Shown here: positions 63,266-64,000 of the stretch, one piece after another
How positions within the stretch are numbered: the first letter of the stretch is position 1
Layout of the letters: each line of letters begins with the position of its first letter
NCBI RefSeq assembly: GCF_964355755.1
Contig: NC_092675.1
Span: forward strand, 29,050,912 to 29,114,911
Direction of reading: 5' to 3'
DNA length: 64,000 nt
DNA from: Antedon mediterranea
Lineage: Eukaryota > Animalia > Echinodermata
The notes under the pieces: model-generated
What the model was told of the DNA's origin: nothing
Database searches by the model: none
The model's input: only the letters and a program-made list of their open reading frames with translations
Translations under genes and position numbers: made by a program

Positions 63266-64000
63266 TACATAATTGGATTAAGTTAGTATTATCTTTTTAT
63301 ATTATTTTAAGGAGATAACACATACGTTATGCTTGATATATATCTTAACACAGTCAAAGACTGACTGCCTATACTCAGATTTAAAATGTAGTAAATCTTA
63401 GACTACAGGTATAACCTGATTGAAACGGTTTCTTTTACGTCGTAAACAACCAAAGTATTATTTTAGGTTTTCTATATTATCTTGACTTGGTAGAAACAAT
63501 CAGCCAATATTTTATATATTGTCAAGGAGGACATCGTTATAGGGAGGGGATTCAGGCAAAATACAACCATTATATTTATCTTTCTTTGGATTGAAGCCCT
63601 TATAAAAAAAACCTTGTCCAGAGAAACCAAAAGTTTTTTTATGTGAAATAAATTCAAATTTGTTTTGTCAAATTATATTTTTGGGGCCGTTGCAATTAAT
63701 TAATCCTTTCTTAGTTTTCATTTGAGTTTTGTTTGTTTACAGTGCTTCAATGTATATAACAACTTATTTTAAAAGTATTATTACTATTAAGTTTGAATTT
63801 TTTTTTGTTAAATATTAAAACTGTTGTTAACCTGTGCACCTAGTGCGAGATGTGAAAGTTATCTATAATTATAGAGAAGATGAAAGTATATTTTCAACGA
63901 TCAAAACATGTATAAAAGGCTATTTTTGTGTGTTTATTATGCATACGGTTATTACTATTAAGTTAACAATTGCTTAAGGCTTGTATTAAACATGGTTATA

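Overview
AT-rich, intron-rich animal genomic DNA. It is not prokaryotic, and most ORF-track entries are spurious or are exon fragments. An invertebrate deuterostome such as an echinoderm is likely, but this is inference only. I reconstructed two spliced genes by hand on the + strand, with all exon phases compatible. (1) A ZDHHC21-type DHHC palmitoyltransferase: 7 coding exons, 1704-17470, 332 aa, with an ~11 kb fifth intron. (2) Nuclear Factor I (NFI/CTF): about 13 coding exons, 37285-61066, up to ~693 aa. The tandem ZDHHC21->NFI order matches human ZDHHC21->NFIB, which suggests an ancient regulatory block. NFI shows unusual splice architecture: a candidate second pair of first exons 5 kb upstream, an overlapping uORF, a symmetric cassette exon, an 18-nt duplicated acceptor, a NAGNAG acceptor, a satellite holding nine extra copies of its own 5' splice site, and a stop codon lying inside a 3' UTR repeat. 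The remainder is dense with non-autonomous mobile elements: Harbinger-like MITEs, hAT-like, Kolobok-like, Helentron-like and tRNA/Deu-type SINE elements, plus minisatellites. No CRISPR array, rRNA or intact transposase was seen.
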